From positions 6,611,888 through 6,675,887 of the forward strand of contig NC_092676.1 of NCBI RefSeq assembly GCF_964355755.1: 64,000 nt of DNA, read 5' to 3'. The translations under genes were made by a program, and so were the position numbers. Positions 19,501 to 30,268 of the stretch are shown here, in pieces. Position 1 is the stretch's first letter. Every line of letters begins with the position of its first letter. The notes beneath the pieces were generated by a model. The model worked only from the letters and a program-made list of their open reading frames with translations. It did not search any database and had not been told where the DNA came from. The DNA comes from Antedon mediterranea (Eukaryota > Animalia > Echinodermata).

Positions 19501-20291
19501 AGAGCTACTTTTGTTGTTCGAATTAGTAGCATTCGGGCCAGGATTGACTTCTATGTCCCCTCCAAGTACAACAGACCAAATACGTAGAGTACTAACCGAA
19601 TTTGAATAGTATGACACAGCCCTGCCAAGGAATTTAAACTTCGATTTCTTTCGTACTTGTAATGATGTAAGGCCAGTTATTGTTATTGCACATTTTGAAT
19701 AATAAATAGGTATCGGATGAAAATCGTCGTCAATGTAAACAGCATCATTAAAATAGTAGAAAAAGTATTGCACAAAGTTGTTCATAGAACGTTGTGTAAG
19801 TTCCAATTCGACTTGGTTCCACTTAACATACTGACCTGGACAGCTGGTTATTGCACATTTTGAATAATAAAATGGTATCGGATGAAAATCGTCGTCAAGA
19901 ATAAATCGAATGTAGACTGCATCAGTAAAATAGTAGAAAAAATATTGCACAAAGTTGTTCATAGAACGCTTTGTATATTCCATTTCAACTAGGCTCCATT
20001 TAACATTTGCATACTGACCTGGACAGCTGACTACACAGACCCCTTCACACACCGGTAATGCTATTCTTTGAAATTCGCTCTGCCGGCCTAGGCTTATTGT
20101 GCTAAAATTCACGTATTTATACAAAGATTGGTGAAAATTGTTGTCACAATTGCATCCATATCCACTCCAAAACACTTCGTGATCATCATTAAAGGGATAT
20201 TGTGTTGGGGTAAACGAGAAAGTAAATGAAATAAACCAGACACAACAGAGCAAAAATACGGCGGTGTTCATTGTTCAAATTCCGACTGGCT
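16556..20291 (-). mobile_element. Apparently intact single-ORF CR1-group LINE inserted in the L2
   Basis: Candidate TSD gttta (16551-16555 and 20292-20296). It has an A-rich (TAAA/ATAAA) tail, a 3' stem-loop gtgac-caaac-gtcac at ~16582-16597, and a 20-nt leader before the ATG. Confidence 0.88.
16672..20271 (-). CDS. LINE polyprotein, 1199 aa: N-terminal 245-aa module, 2A-like peptide, APE endonuclease and reverse transcriptase
   Basis: Uninterrupted ORF with DIEVNPGP at aa 239-246. APE motifs: YQNVRS, LTETWL, GGGV, YYRPP, GDFN, LDL, SDH. RT motifs: NYRPVSLL, DMAKAFDRVSH, GVPQGSILGP, FADD. Confidence 0.93.
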   Translation of the reverse strand: MNTAVFLLCCVWFISFTFSFTPTQYPFNDDHEVFWSGYGCNCDNNFHQSLYKYVNFSTISLGRQSEFQRIALPVCEGVCVVSCPGQYANVKWSLVEMEYTKRSMNNFVQYFFYYFTDAVYIRFILDDDFHPIPFYYSKCAITSCPGQYVKWNQVELELTQRSMNNFVQYFFYYFNDAVYIDDDFHPIPIYYSKCAITITGLTSLQVRKKSKFKFLGRAVSYYSNSVSTLRIWSVVLGGDIEVNPGPNATNSNNKSSSLKVYYQNVRSVKNKMESYKSELFSHMCTRYIDVVALTETWLNNTLIDCEMSLDGFNLYRRDRQEDKRGGGVLLLINNKYRSCRLIKFEDESQELMWVKIQLSRKKCLIIGIYYRPPSAPKSQIDRLCESINNVQYEFQGFNHDVMLLGDFNLPEIKWRLNSYNKCNIVECEAPDNSNGKFFIDNILQGNNFNQFVYFPTCADHTLDLALCNTICHEVSFGEDIFTSDHCAINFKYPIEFNKHLINNDDRLLYNFKKLNKLDFIQTLSHIPWNLLDLAVDIDEAVNLFYDFIFATIKDLVPVFRPKRKLPPWFDNELYTALKSKESYFREKKRNPNRLNIENFRFARSNFKRLCRFKYRTYVNSLCCNLSCNPKRFWSWIKSSRKNNNNIPSELHFNNQSAYTVKDKASLLNQFFYSVFSPVNNDLDVPNLPEYPIDCLSKLEFNQEVIEKHINGIDSHKASGNDGLSNIVLSLAAKPLSFPCKILFERCISEKRFPIKWKQANVCPIFKAGSKSDVRNYRPVSLLPTISKVFEKIVHDQIFKHISPVISDHQHGFYPGRSCETNLSVLLSHAYDAINAKGQCEVVYTDMAKAFDRVSHKLLLFKLQQFGLNHDLILFFTSYLSDRFQRVTFDGNASEWLPVLSGVPQGSILGPLFFIMFINDFSFVPRHSNVLMFADDIKLFKSIQTLNDMLLLQEDVDRLIHWCDTWNMSVNASKCKSMSFTLKKKPIYFDFYIKNIILERVSVHKDLGVFLDSSLTFCKHIDFIVSKCNRLLGFLWRHCRHINDKKALVILYKSLVRSNLEFCSVIFNSISLAQSSRLQSVQNKFCRFYVRKFGSISKDVLINLAGRRKLFDLIFLFKAVNSIFHGNFEVYFPISVPQYQLRYPALFSISRGRVNITKNGFVNRLPKLYHSLCKIDESVDIFFDSLACFRHKVLSNVSNI

Positions 20292-20634
20292 GTTTAGAAA
20301 CAACCTTCTCAATTATTTTTCCTAAAAAACTAAGATTCGAGATAGGTCTGTAGTTTTTCAGAATCTCGGGATCTAGACCTGTTTTTTTCAATGTGGGTCG
20401 AACATGGGTGACTTTTAGAGACTCTGGGAAAGAACCACTTTCAAGAGATGTCTGTGAAGTTGGTTACTAGTTCCTAGTTCCTTATTCAAATTCAATTAAA
20501 GGGACAGTCAAAAATATTTTTAAAAACAAATTTTAATATGTAATAACTGTCTAATTGAGTTGTTATTGCATCAACATGTTAGCCTTGACCTCCTTTTACT
20601 TCTTCCGGTCAAAGTTCAATAACATTTTATGCAT

Positions 20635-21870
20635 TTACGCCTTCTACGGCGAATAAGTAACTAGCTTTTACGAACGTTATAACACTTGACCTACTTAATA
20701 TTTTCAAAATATTTTGGTATAGATCGATGACTCTTGACCTACTCTACCATTTTCCACCCTAGTTCCGCGAAATTTTGTTCATCTACGCCCTCTACGGCGA
20801 ATAAGTAACTGGCTTTACGAACGTTATAACACTTGACCTGCTTAATTTTTTCAAAATATTTTTTGTTATGAATCGATCACCCTTGACCTACTCTACCGTT
20901 TGCCACCCCAGTTCCGCGAACTTTTTTGCGTCTACGCCCTCTACGGCGAATAAGTAACTGGCGTTACGAATGTTATAACACTTGACCTACTTAATTTTTT
21001 CAAAATGTTTTGGTATGGATCGATCACCCGTGACCTACTTTACCATTTGCCACCCCAGTTCCGCGAACTGTTATGCATCTACTCCCTCTACGGCGAATAA
21101 GTAACTGGGTTTACGAACGTTATAACACTTGACCTACTTAATTTTTTCAAAATATTTTGCTATAGATCGATCACCCTTGACCTACTCTACCATTTGCCAC
21201 CCCAGTTCCGCGAACTTGTTTGCGTCTACGCCCTCTACGGCGAATAAGTAACTGGCTTTTACGAACGTTATAACACTTGACCTACTTAATTTTTCCAAAA
21301 TATTTTGGCATGAATCGATCACCCTTGACCTACTCTACCATTTGCCACCCCAGTTCCGCGAACTTTTTTGCGTCTACGCCCTCTACGGTGAATAAGTAAC
21401 TGGCTTTTACGAACGTTATAACACTTGACCTACTTAATTTTTTCAAAATATTTTGGTATGAATCGATCACCCTTGACCTACTTTACCAATTGCAACCCTA
21501 GTTCCGCGATTTTTTTTGCATCTACGCCCTCTACGGCGAATAAGTAACTGGTTTTACGAACGTTATAACACTTAACCTACTTAATTTTTTCAAAATATTT
21601 TGGTATGAATCGATGACCCTTGACCTACTTTACCATTTGCCACCCCAGTTCCGCGAACTTTTTTGCGTCTACGCCCTCTACGGCGAATAAGTAACTGGCT
21701 TTTACCAACGTTATAACACTTGACCTACTTAATTTTTTCAAAATATTTTTTGCATCTACGCCCTCTACGGTGAATACGTAATTTGTTATGGGTAGATGAC
21801 CCTTGACTACTTTACCATTTGCCAAACTAGTTCCGCGAACTTGTACCTATGTCCTTTTATGGCGAATTCA
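20635..21870 (+). repeat. 147-149-bp tandem array (~8 units), left arm of the foldback
   Basis: tctacggcga-type motif recurs at 20643, 20791, 20940, 21087, 21234, 21382, 21530 and 21677. Confidence 0.92.
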
Positions 21871-23233
21871 TTTTAGTTTTGTTTTGACTTGTTACAACAT
21901 GCAATTTTAGAAGATAATTTCTGAAGCAAACACAAATACAACAGTTTGCTTATAAACGATAACCACAAGTTATTATTCCGTTATGATTCATTAACACTTT
22001 CCAACACAAGTACAACATGAATACCTGAAATTAAAACAGCATTTAAAGTAGGCTCTATCGTAGTAAATAAACTAGAACTAATAAATAACTTCTTACGTCA
22101 ACATGTGACGACACACTGCATAGTTATTTAATACCGCCCCACAATGTTAAGCCGGGCTATTTTTTCTTGTTAATTACAACAGTTGCAATCGATCAAATGT
22201 AATATCTTTTTAAACGTGCTTACAGTATCCATTCTATAAAAGCGCACAAACAAAACAAATCTGAACTGACGTTTTTTTTTAATGTCATTAAACAGCAACT
22301 GTTACTTAAAAACAGTTTACACTACCTAACAGCAAAATTAACATATTATTCATTAATACTGTTATTAATATTAAAAAGCGCACAATATTCATTGAGTGAT
22401 AATAGTCGTTTAAACACAATATACAGTAATATTTTTAAAGCTATATTTGCACAGTACCCGTCTATACCTCACAATATAAATTGGGTGGAATATTGTTTGA
22501 AAAACGGTTTAGGCTTATAGACTTTATAACAACAAAATTAACATATTGTGAAATAGGCCTTTAACCTTTAATGTGAAACATAGTCATTAATAATCCTTTA
22601 TTAATTAACAATTAAAAAGCGCACATTCTTCCCTGGGTGAATAAAGTTGTTTTAAAAACAATACAATAATTGTAATGTAACGAATGTAATGTTGAACTGT
22701 AAGTAGCCGGGGTCCAAGGGCCGAGTGCCCGGGAAAAATTTCGGTATCTGACGCTTTCAAGACTGATTTATGGATTGTTATTTTATCGATGACCATCAGA
22801 ATCTCACACAAAAACAACAGCTTCAGTGAATGCAACTATACAAAATATGTAAACGAACATACTGTAAGGCGGCATAGATTAGACCGCATGTATTTTTTGT
22901 CAAGAGGATCACAAAACTCGCACTGAATAAATAAGAGTAAAATGACATTTGTAGATATTGTTTATTGCTATGAAATTATCTCCTCAACACCATGGCCAAT
23001 GAAATACCCGACAAATAATTAGGCCTACTAAAAGGCTAGGCCTAAAGACCGTCCACGAGAGGATTCACCACGAGCCACTTAGGTAGGCCTAGTGCATGTT
23101 TCTCTCTTTTTATCATATTTACCATAAAACGTACATTTAAGACAAGGAATGACATGGCTTAATGTTTTTAAGGTATATATATATGCATTTATTTTTAAAA
23201 ACGTCACAAATTGTTGAATTTGCCAATTAAATG

Positions 23234-25110
23234 TTTTTTTTTTTTTAATTTAATTTAATTTGATTTCATTACCATCTTTATTGAGGGTAGCCTATCCAGT
23301 TCCAAATAGAACTGATCATTCAGGGCACTCGATAAAACATACATACAGTACAATACAGTACAGAATATAAAATTCAATAGGAGTTAAAATCGTTGACAGA
23401 TAAAATATATATACATGGTACAAACAATATTAACTGGAAATAAATTCTTTAAGTTCACGTTTAAAGGAAATAATATTTTCAGATTGTCGAATGATTTTAG
23501 GAATTATATTAAAATACATAGGCGCTTTATAACTGAAACATTGTTTAAAAATCTCTAATGAAGGTCGAGGAATAATATAATTACAATTAGAGATGGATCT
23601 GGTAGTTGGTCGACCTCCGGGCTGAGTCCTGGTTAACATGCGACTGATGTAATCCGGAACGGTATTGATGGAAGCCAGATAGGCGAGACAACCAAGTTGA
23701 AACTGATAACGTTGAGAAACGGATGAAATAGAAAGGGTGTTATCAATAAGGTGGGATGAGGTATGAGGGTGAACTTTCAAAATAACTCTTTTAGCTCTAT
23801 TTTGAAGTTTCTGGACTTTAGCAACGAGTGGTGCTCGTGAGCCCCAGATAGAACAACAATAGTCAATATGAGGTAAGACAAGAGCATTGTATAATATAAG
23901 AGATGTAGCTTGGTGGACAAATTTTCGAGTTCGGGCGAGGTTGGAGATAGAGGAACTTAATTTGTTGCACAACTTATCAACGTCCGGAATAAAAGTAAGA
24001 TGATGGTCTAGAATGATGCCAAGATTCTTATGTTGGGTGACCTGTTTGATAGGTAAGTTGCTAATAGAAACATTTATAGGCCAGAGTGAAGAAAGCCTTT
24101 GTTGCGTTCCAATTACCATCACTTCAGTTTTTTTAGTATTGAGCGCTAGACGATTAGCTAGAAGCCAAGTGGAGATTTTATCGAAGTCAAAATTAAGATT
24201 GGTTACAATATCGTCAACCTTATCGCTAGAATTGTAAATTATGGTATCATCAGCAAACATATCCATAGAAGAGTACGATAAAAAATTGGGGAGATCATTT
24301 ATGTATATGGAGAATAATAGTGGTCCAAGGTTGGATCCTTGAGGTATACCAGCGTTGAAATTAATAGATGACGATATAGTTGATTTGTAACAGGCATGTT
24401 GCTGACGTCCAGTAAGATAGGCTGTAAACCATTTCACAGCCGATTCGGAAAAACCATAAAGGGAAGTTTACGTAACAGAATTTCGTAGTTTACTAGATCG
24501 AACGCTTTCCTTAGATCAATAAAAACTGAACCAATGATTTTACCTTCATTTATACTGTGGATCCAGCTGTCATGAGTTTTAGTGATAGCAGTAATTGTAG
24601 AATATGTGGGACGAAATCCAGATTGGTTAGGGCAGAGAAGATTATTTGAAGAAAGATATTCCAGTACTTGCATGCCGACGGCCTTCTCAATCACCTTAGA
24701 CATGATAGGTAACACAGATATAGGTCTGTAGTTATCCGGTAGATGTTTGTTACCGGATTTAAAGATGGGAGTAACCTTACCAATTTTCCACGAGAGAGGG
24801 AAGCTCTGACTGGAGATGGAAGTATTAATAATCTGTGTGAGGAAATTTGCGATGATGGGGGCTGCCGTCCGAACGAGCTTACCATCAATACCGTCGTGTC
24901 CAGCAGATTTCGCAGAATTCAGTTCGGAGATTTCCTTCAATACAAAATCAGTACTAACATTATGAAAAGAAGAACATTGTTTAAGAAATGAACATGGATC
25001 AACATCAGTAAACTGAAGGTTTGACGTTATATTATTTGCAACATTTGTAAAATAAGTATTCAATTCCTCTGCAATTATAGCAGGTTCGTTAGTGGTAGCA
25101 CTAACTACCA
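23234..25110 (-). mobile_element. 5'-truncated, frameshifted CR1/L2-group (Crack/Daphne-like) LINE inside the foldback
   Basis: ORFs 24434..25150 and 23430..24437 carry NYRPISVL, FIDLRKAFDLV, GIPQGSNLGP, FADDT and LPHIDYCCSIWG. The 3' tail (ttaat)n/poly-T is near 23234-23262. Confidence 0.88.
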
Positions 25111-25285
25111 AAAAAAACAAACAAAGCTGAACTAATGTTTTTTTTTTCAAATGTCATTACAGCAACTGTAAAAAAAGTTTACACTACCTTATAACAGCAA
25201 AATTAACATATTCATTAAAACTGTTACCGTTAATATTAACAATTAAAAAGCGCACACTATTCATTGAGTGATAATAGTTACGACA

Positions 25286-26285
25286 GGTCAAGGGTGATCG
25301 ATTCATACAAAAATATTTTTAAAAATTAAGTATGTCAAGTGTTATAACGTTCGTAAAAGCCAGTTACTTATTCGCTGTAGAGGGCGTAGACGCAAAAAAG
25401 TTAGCGGAACTGGGGTGGCAAATGGTAGAGTAGGTCAAGGGTGATCGATCCATACCAAAATATTTTTAAAAATTAAGTATGTCAAGTGTTATAACGTTCG
25501 TAAAAGCCAGTTACTTATTCGCCGTTGAGGACGTAGACGCAAAAAAGTTTGCGGAACTGGGGTGGCAAACGGTAGAGTAGGTCAAGGGTCATCGATCTAT
25601 ACCAAAATATTATGAAAAAAATTAAGCAGGTCAAGTGTTTTAATGTTCGTAAAGCCAGTTACTTATTCGCCGTAGAGGGCGTAGATGCAAAAAAATTCGC
25701 GGAACTAAGGTGGAAAATGGTAGAGTAGGTCAAGGGTCATCGATCTATACCAAAATATTTTGAAAATATTAAGTAGGTCAAGTGTTATAACGTTCGTAAA
25801 AGCCAGTTACTTATTCGCCGTTGAGGACGTAGACGCAAAAAAGTTCGCGGAACTGGGGTGGCAAATGGTAGAGTAGGTCAAGGGTGATCGATCCATACCA
25901 AACTATTTTGAAAAAATTAAGTAGGTCAAGTGTTATAACGTTGGTAAAAGCCAGTTACTTATTCGCCGTAGAGGGCGTAGACGCAAAAAAGTTCGCGGAA
26001 CTGGGGTGGCAAATGGTAAAGTAGGTCAAGGGTGATCGATTCATACCAAAATGATATGAAAAAATTAAGCAGGTCAAGTGTTCCAACGTTCGTAAAGCCA
26101 GTTACTTATTCGCCGTAGAGGGCGTAGATGCAACAAAGTTCGCGGAACTAGGGTGGAAAATGGTAGAGTAGGTCAAGAGTCATCGATCTATACCAAAATA
26201 TTTTGAAAATATTAAGTAGGTCAAGTGTTATAACGTTCGTAAAAGCTAGTTACTTATTCGCCGTAGAGGGCGTAAATGCATAAAA
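25286..26285 (-). repeat. Inverted copy of the 147-149-bp array (~6-7 units), right arm of the foldback
   Basis: ttattcgccgtagagggcgtaga and aagtaggtcaagtgttataacgttcgtaaa units. Confidence 0.92.
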
Positions 26286-28317
26286 TGTTATTGAACTTTG
26301 ACCGGAAGAAGTAGAGGAGGTCAAGGCTAACATGTTGATGCAATAACACCTCAATTACACAGTTATTACATATTAAAATCTGTTTTTAAAAATATATTTG
26401 TGACTGTCCCTTTAATTGAATTTGAATAAGGAACTAGGAACTAGGAACTAGTAACCAACTTCACAGACATTTTCAAGAGACTTATTAACAATATGTGTGA
26501 TTAATGGAATAAATGCAGAAGTACATTTCTTAATCAGTGAAGTTGGTACCGGGTCAAGTGCACACGATTTAGAGGGAGAATTTTTGACAATTTTTAAAAT
26601 TTCCTCATCACTTGCAGGTTCGAACTGAGAAAACCGTATAGACCTAGTAAAACCATAAGATATATTACATTTATCAGAAGCAGTTATAACTTCGCCAGTA
26701 TTTTCATTTTCTAGTGAATCACGAATTGATTTAATTTTATTTACAAAAAACACAGAAAATCTTTCAGCAAGAGCTTCATCGGAGACAGACGAAGGAAGGA
26801 CCGATGACTTGGAGTGATGTAAAAGTTTATTTACTATATTGAAAAGTTTCTTTTGATCACCTGTGCAGTCACTAACCAGACTAGAGTAATACCGCGTCTT
26901 GGCCTTTTCAATCAGTCCATTTACAACGCATCTTTGAACACAGTATTCCTGTCTATCCTTAGGAAGCTTTGATTTCATCCATTTACGTTCAAGTTGACGA
27001 CGTACTTTCCTTTCAGATCGAATTTCATCGGTATACCACGGTTTAGCTTCCTTTTGCCTAATTGTTTTGTTTTGTTCTGAACTGGCGCATGTAAATCAAG
27101 TACAGCTCTGAGATCAGAATAGCTTTCTACACTGTCTTCAAGAATTACACTTACATCGGTTATATTAGACACACAGGCTTTAATGTCATTTGTGAATTTC
27201 TCAATATCAATTTGTTTTAGGTTGCGACTTTTTCTTACAGTTTTGTGTGTTGTGGGCCGTTTAAGATCAAACTTGCAAAATATGGCAAAATGATCTGACA
27301 GGCCAGGGTGTATCTTTACATCCGAGAGAAGTAGATCATCTCTAGTGATGATAAGGTCGAGGCAGTGCCCACTACAGTGTGTGGGTTCATTTATATGCTG
27401 CTGGAGACCAAACGATCTAAGCAGTGTTTTAAATCTATCGGGCTGCCACATTTTTTTTATTATCCATATGGATATTAAAGTCTCCGCAGAAAACAATTTC
27501 AGACGAAAAGAGAATAAAGTCAAACAACGTTTTTTCAAAATCATTTAGGAACTCTGTAACAGACAAGGTTGGTGGTCGATATATGTTAACTAAACGAAGA
27601 GATTTCGAGTTAGACGTAATATGCACATGTATAGCCTCAAATGATGCATATGTATGTACATCCGTTTTCAAGTTAACAACTAAGCTTGACTTAGACAGAA
27701 TTCCAACACCACCCCCAGTTTTGTCCACCCTAGGGACATGCACAAAGCGATATCCTAGTATCGAATTTAATATCAAAACAATCAATTTGTTTAAAGGTTT
27801 TTGTTAAGATATTTAACGAAATCATAAAGTTACTGCGAACATGATTTTAAACAACAAAATGTAAAAACAATGCATTACTATAGAGAATCGCTGTACAAAC
27901 TAAACGCGCACGCGTAGAGCGTGCATGGAGCGCACAACCAGAGCCGTTCCGAAATTGCTATTTTTGTTGTTTTAAATCATGTTCGCAGTAACTTTATAAT
28001 TTTTTTATTATTTTAACAAAAACCTTTAATCAAATTGATTGTTTTGATATTAAATTCGATAATTAAAGCCTTTTGAACGTTATACATTTTCAAAACAAAA
28101 GACTCAACTCCATACGCTATATAGGAATAGTTGGACCATGGAGGTATAAAAAAGATGGTTGGACACAAACACGGCTTCTAATCCATTCAATGCCGTAACT
28201 CTCTCTACATTATGGCTCTGGTTTGTTAAGGTCAACAGCGCCCTCTATCTATTATCGAGAAGTAAGGAGTGCAGTATCTTACGTCACAGGCAGTATCGCG
28301 GGGTGGTGGCTATGTAA

Positions 28318-28520
28318 AGCCTGGTTTCCATAAAATCGCTACACCGTGTCGCCGACTGCTGTCGCCGACAGAGCGTAGCGATTCTATGGAAACGCTAGAA
28401 TTTATCGGGGATCTAGTACGCGAGCGCTAAATATTCTTTGGTACACGCGTATACGAACGACTCATCGCCGACAAAATCGGCAAAGTTGAAACGGTGTAGC
28501 GATTTTATGGAAACCAGGCT
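28318..28520. mobile_element. PIF/Harbinger-like palindromic MITE (TAA TSD)
   Basis: taa|AGCCTGGTTTCCATAAAATCGCTACACCG..CGGTGTAGCGATTTTATGGAAACCAGGCT|taa. Confidence 0.8.
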
Positions 28521-28522
28521 TA

Positions 28523-28717
28523 AGGGTCTTTCACACCTGCTCCGGCACGGTTCCGGTCCGGCGACGGCAAATCCAATCGAACGTCAATGTTTCGTTTTTA
28601 CGCGGCTACGCGCATATCGATTGGTGCTTGGCCGCGTGGAGCGTCGTGAAAACGAAACATTGGCGTTCGATTTGCCGGACCGGAACCGTGCCGGAACATA
28701 CAGGTGTGAAAGGCCCG
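28523..28717. mobile_element. Second Harbinger-like MITE abutting the first
   Basis: GGGTCTTTCACACCTG..CAGGTGTGAAAGGCCC with tta flanks and internal ccggcacggttccggtccgg / ccggaccggaaccgtgccgg. Confidence 0.75.
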
Positions 28718-29167
28718 TTAAGGGGAAAAATGACGGCAGAATGATGGTCGTACATGCCTTAAATATCGTAAATGTGCTTGTCGTGTGCAAGCCTTTTTGT
28801 TATATTTTAATACAGAAAACCACACATATAAATCAAAATTCAGTTATCTTCGTAATACGGGAGAAAAACGGGAGCACAACATTTGGCTCCCGGGAGACGA
28901 ACCCAAACGGGAGTGTTGGCAATGTTTGCTATTCTATCAACATTTCACAGTAGATTTATAATACTCGTTAGGTAGTGCTTTTTGCCATGTGTTAATATTT
29001 CATATATTATGTGGACATATTGTACCCTTGGCTATAATATGTTTTAACCAATTATGTAAACAAATACAAAAGTCGGAAAAATGTGAGTTTTGAAATGGAT
29101 GGGTAAAAGTAATACGAAATCATGACTTCTAGAAAATCACTTACAAGATCTTTTGATGCGTGCTTAA

Positions 29168-30268
29168 AATGGACCTGAAATGGAATTTCGATTTTCAAGA
29201 AATTCACACATGTTATTTAAATGTATCAAATTAACACAAACCCATACAAATAAAAACAAAATGTATAGTATTTTGAGTAAAAACGACATTTTAAGATACC
29301 ATGGTAAATTAGCGAAAATTACTCACGCCATTACAATATTCTATTTCAACGGCCGTCGGAAGCCTCTATATTCATGACGTCACATAGGCTTATACACACG
29401 ATGATATCGAGAGCGTGTATGCCGCCCCGATAGTCAGTGAATGATCGACGGCCTGGAAAGATACGCGAAGCGTTGACACTAATACTCATTTATTCAATAT
29501 CTAATGTTGTTGAAATATAGGTCCCTAAAATGTACTTCGTTTGTTCTAAAACCCGAATTTAGAAGCCCTACCTCCCAAACCTTTACAAGGCCTAGGCCCC
29601 CAATCCAGCGCGCGGAGTCGATCCACATCATGCGGCGAGGCTCCGTTTCATGTGCATCCAAGGACCAAAGCGATATCAACAACTTGCTGCGCTCATTGTC
29701 AAGCCAAAGTAAAATATGAGTAAAATTCGTTTTCGAACTGCCTGATTCGTGACAAATAAATTATCATCTCATATTACTAATTTACATTTTAGCAGTATAA
29801 ATTACGAACGATATACAAAATACACGTCACAAACGGAAAATATGGATACGCATCATTGCGCACGGAGCTGTATCCCGGACAACGTTGCCAGGCCAACTTC
29901 GGTATTGCCAGAAAAAAAACGTTGATTTTAAGATTTTAAATCGTCATTTACTCGATGAATAACCGTTTATACGGTAATAATTTTATCTAAAAAAATTCTA
30001 AATACGTTTCTGCAAATGCACAAGCATTTTTTAGAAAATACTCCATAGATTTCAAGAGTTATAGCCAAAAAACTGCAAATTGTCCATTGGAGGGATAGGA
30101 ATATATTCGCAAAGTGACGTCACCCGCGAATTTTTTTGATTTTCAAATGGGGCTTTCCCCAAAAGGGCCAATTTATATTTTGTAACAATATACATTCTAG
30201 CAACACCTAATAGCCCCCAAAACATCATTCTAAAATGAAAAAAATCGAAAATCCATTTCAGGTCCATT
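29168..30268. mobile_element. Non-autonomous TTAA-specific TIR element (Kolobok-like)
   Basis: ttaa|AATGGACCTGAAATGGA..TCCATTTCAGGTCCATT|ttaa. Confidence 0.8.

Larger units (their letters stand above)
20448..26470. mobile_element. Foldback-type DNA element with long inverted arms and 9-bp TSD
   Basis: ATGTCTGTGAAGTTGGTTACTAGTTCC.. / ..GGAACTAGTAACCAACTTCACAGACAT, with tttcaagag at 20439-20447 and 26471-26479. The arms are inverted over more than 1.1 kb. Confidence 0.88.
14944..27758 (-). mobile_element. L2-clade LINE, 5'-truncated and frameshifted, in three pieces (26471-27758, 20292-20447, 14944-16555)
   Basis: APE motifs (TGGGVG, IYRPP, CGDFN, GHCLDL, SDH) and RT motifs ([36 protein letters not shown]). 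The 3' end reads gcgccttgagc..tgctatacaaatc(tta)n. The reading frame rejoins across both insertions (VNKSLE|SGS and EKVVSK|RILSH). Confidence 0.9.
14894..28220. mobile_element. MITE copy 2 (pieces 14894-14943 and ~27759-28220), split by the L2 nest
   Basis: Same TIRs and interior as copy 1. A third gtttgtta lies at 28221-28228. About 105 bp of interior is missing at the LINE junction. Confidence 0.85.

Noticed and set aside
28438-28953. 171-aa ORF
   Set aside because: It runs across two adjacent palindromic MITEs and has no recognisable motif.
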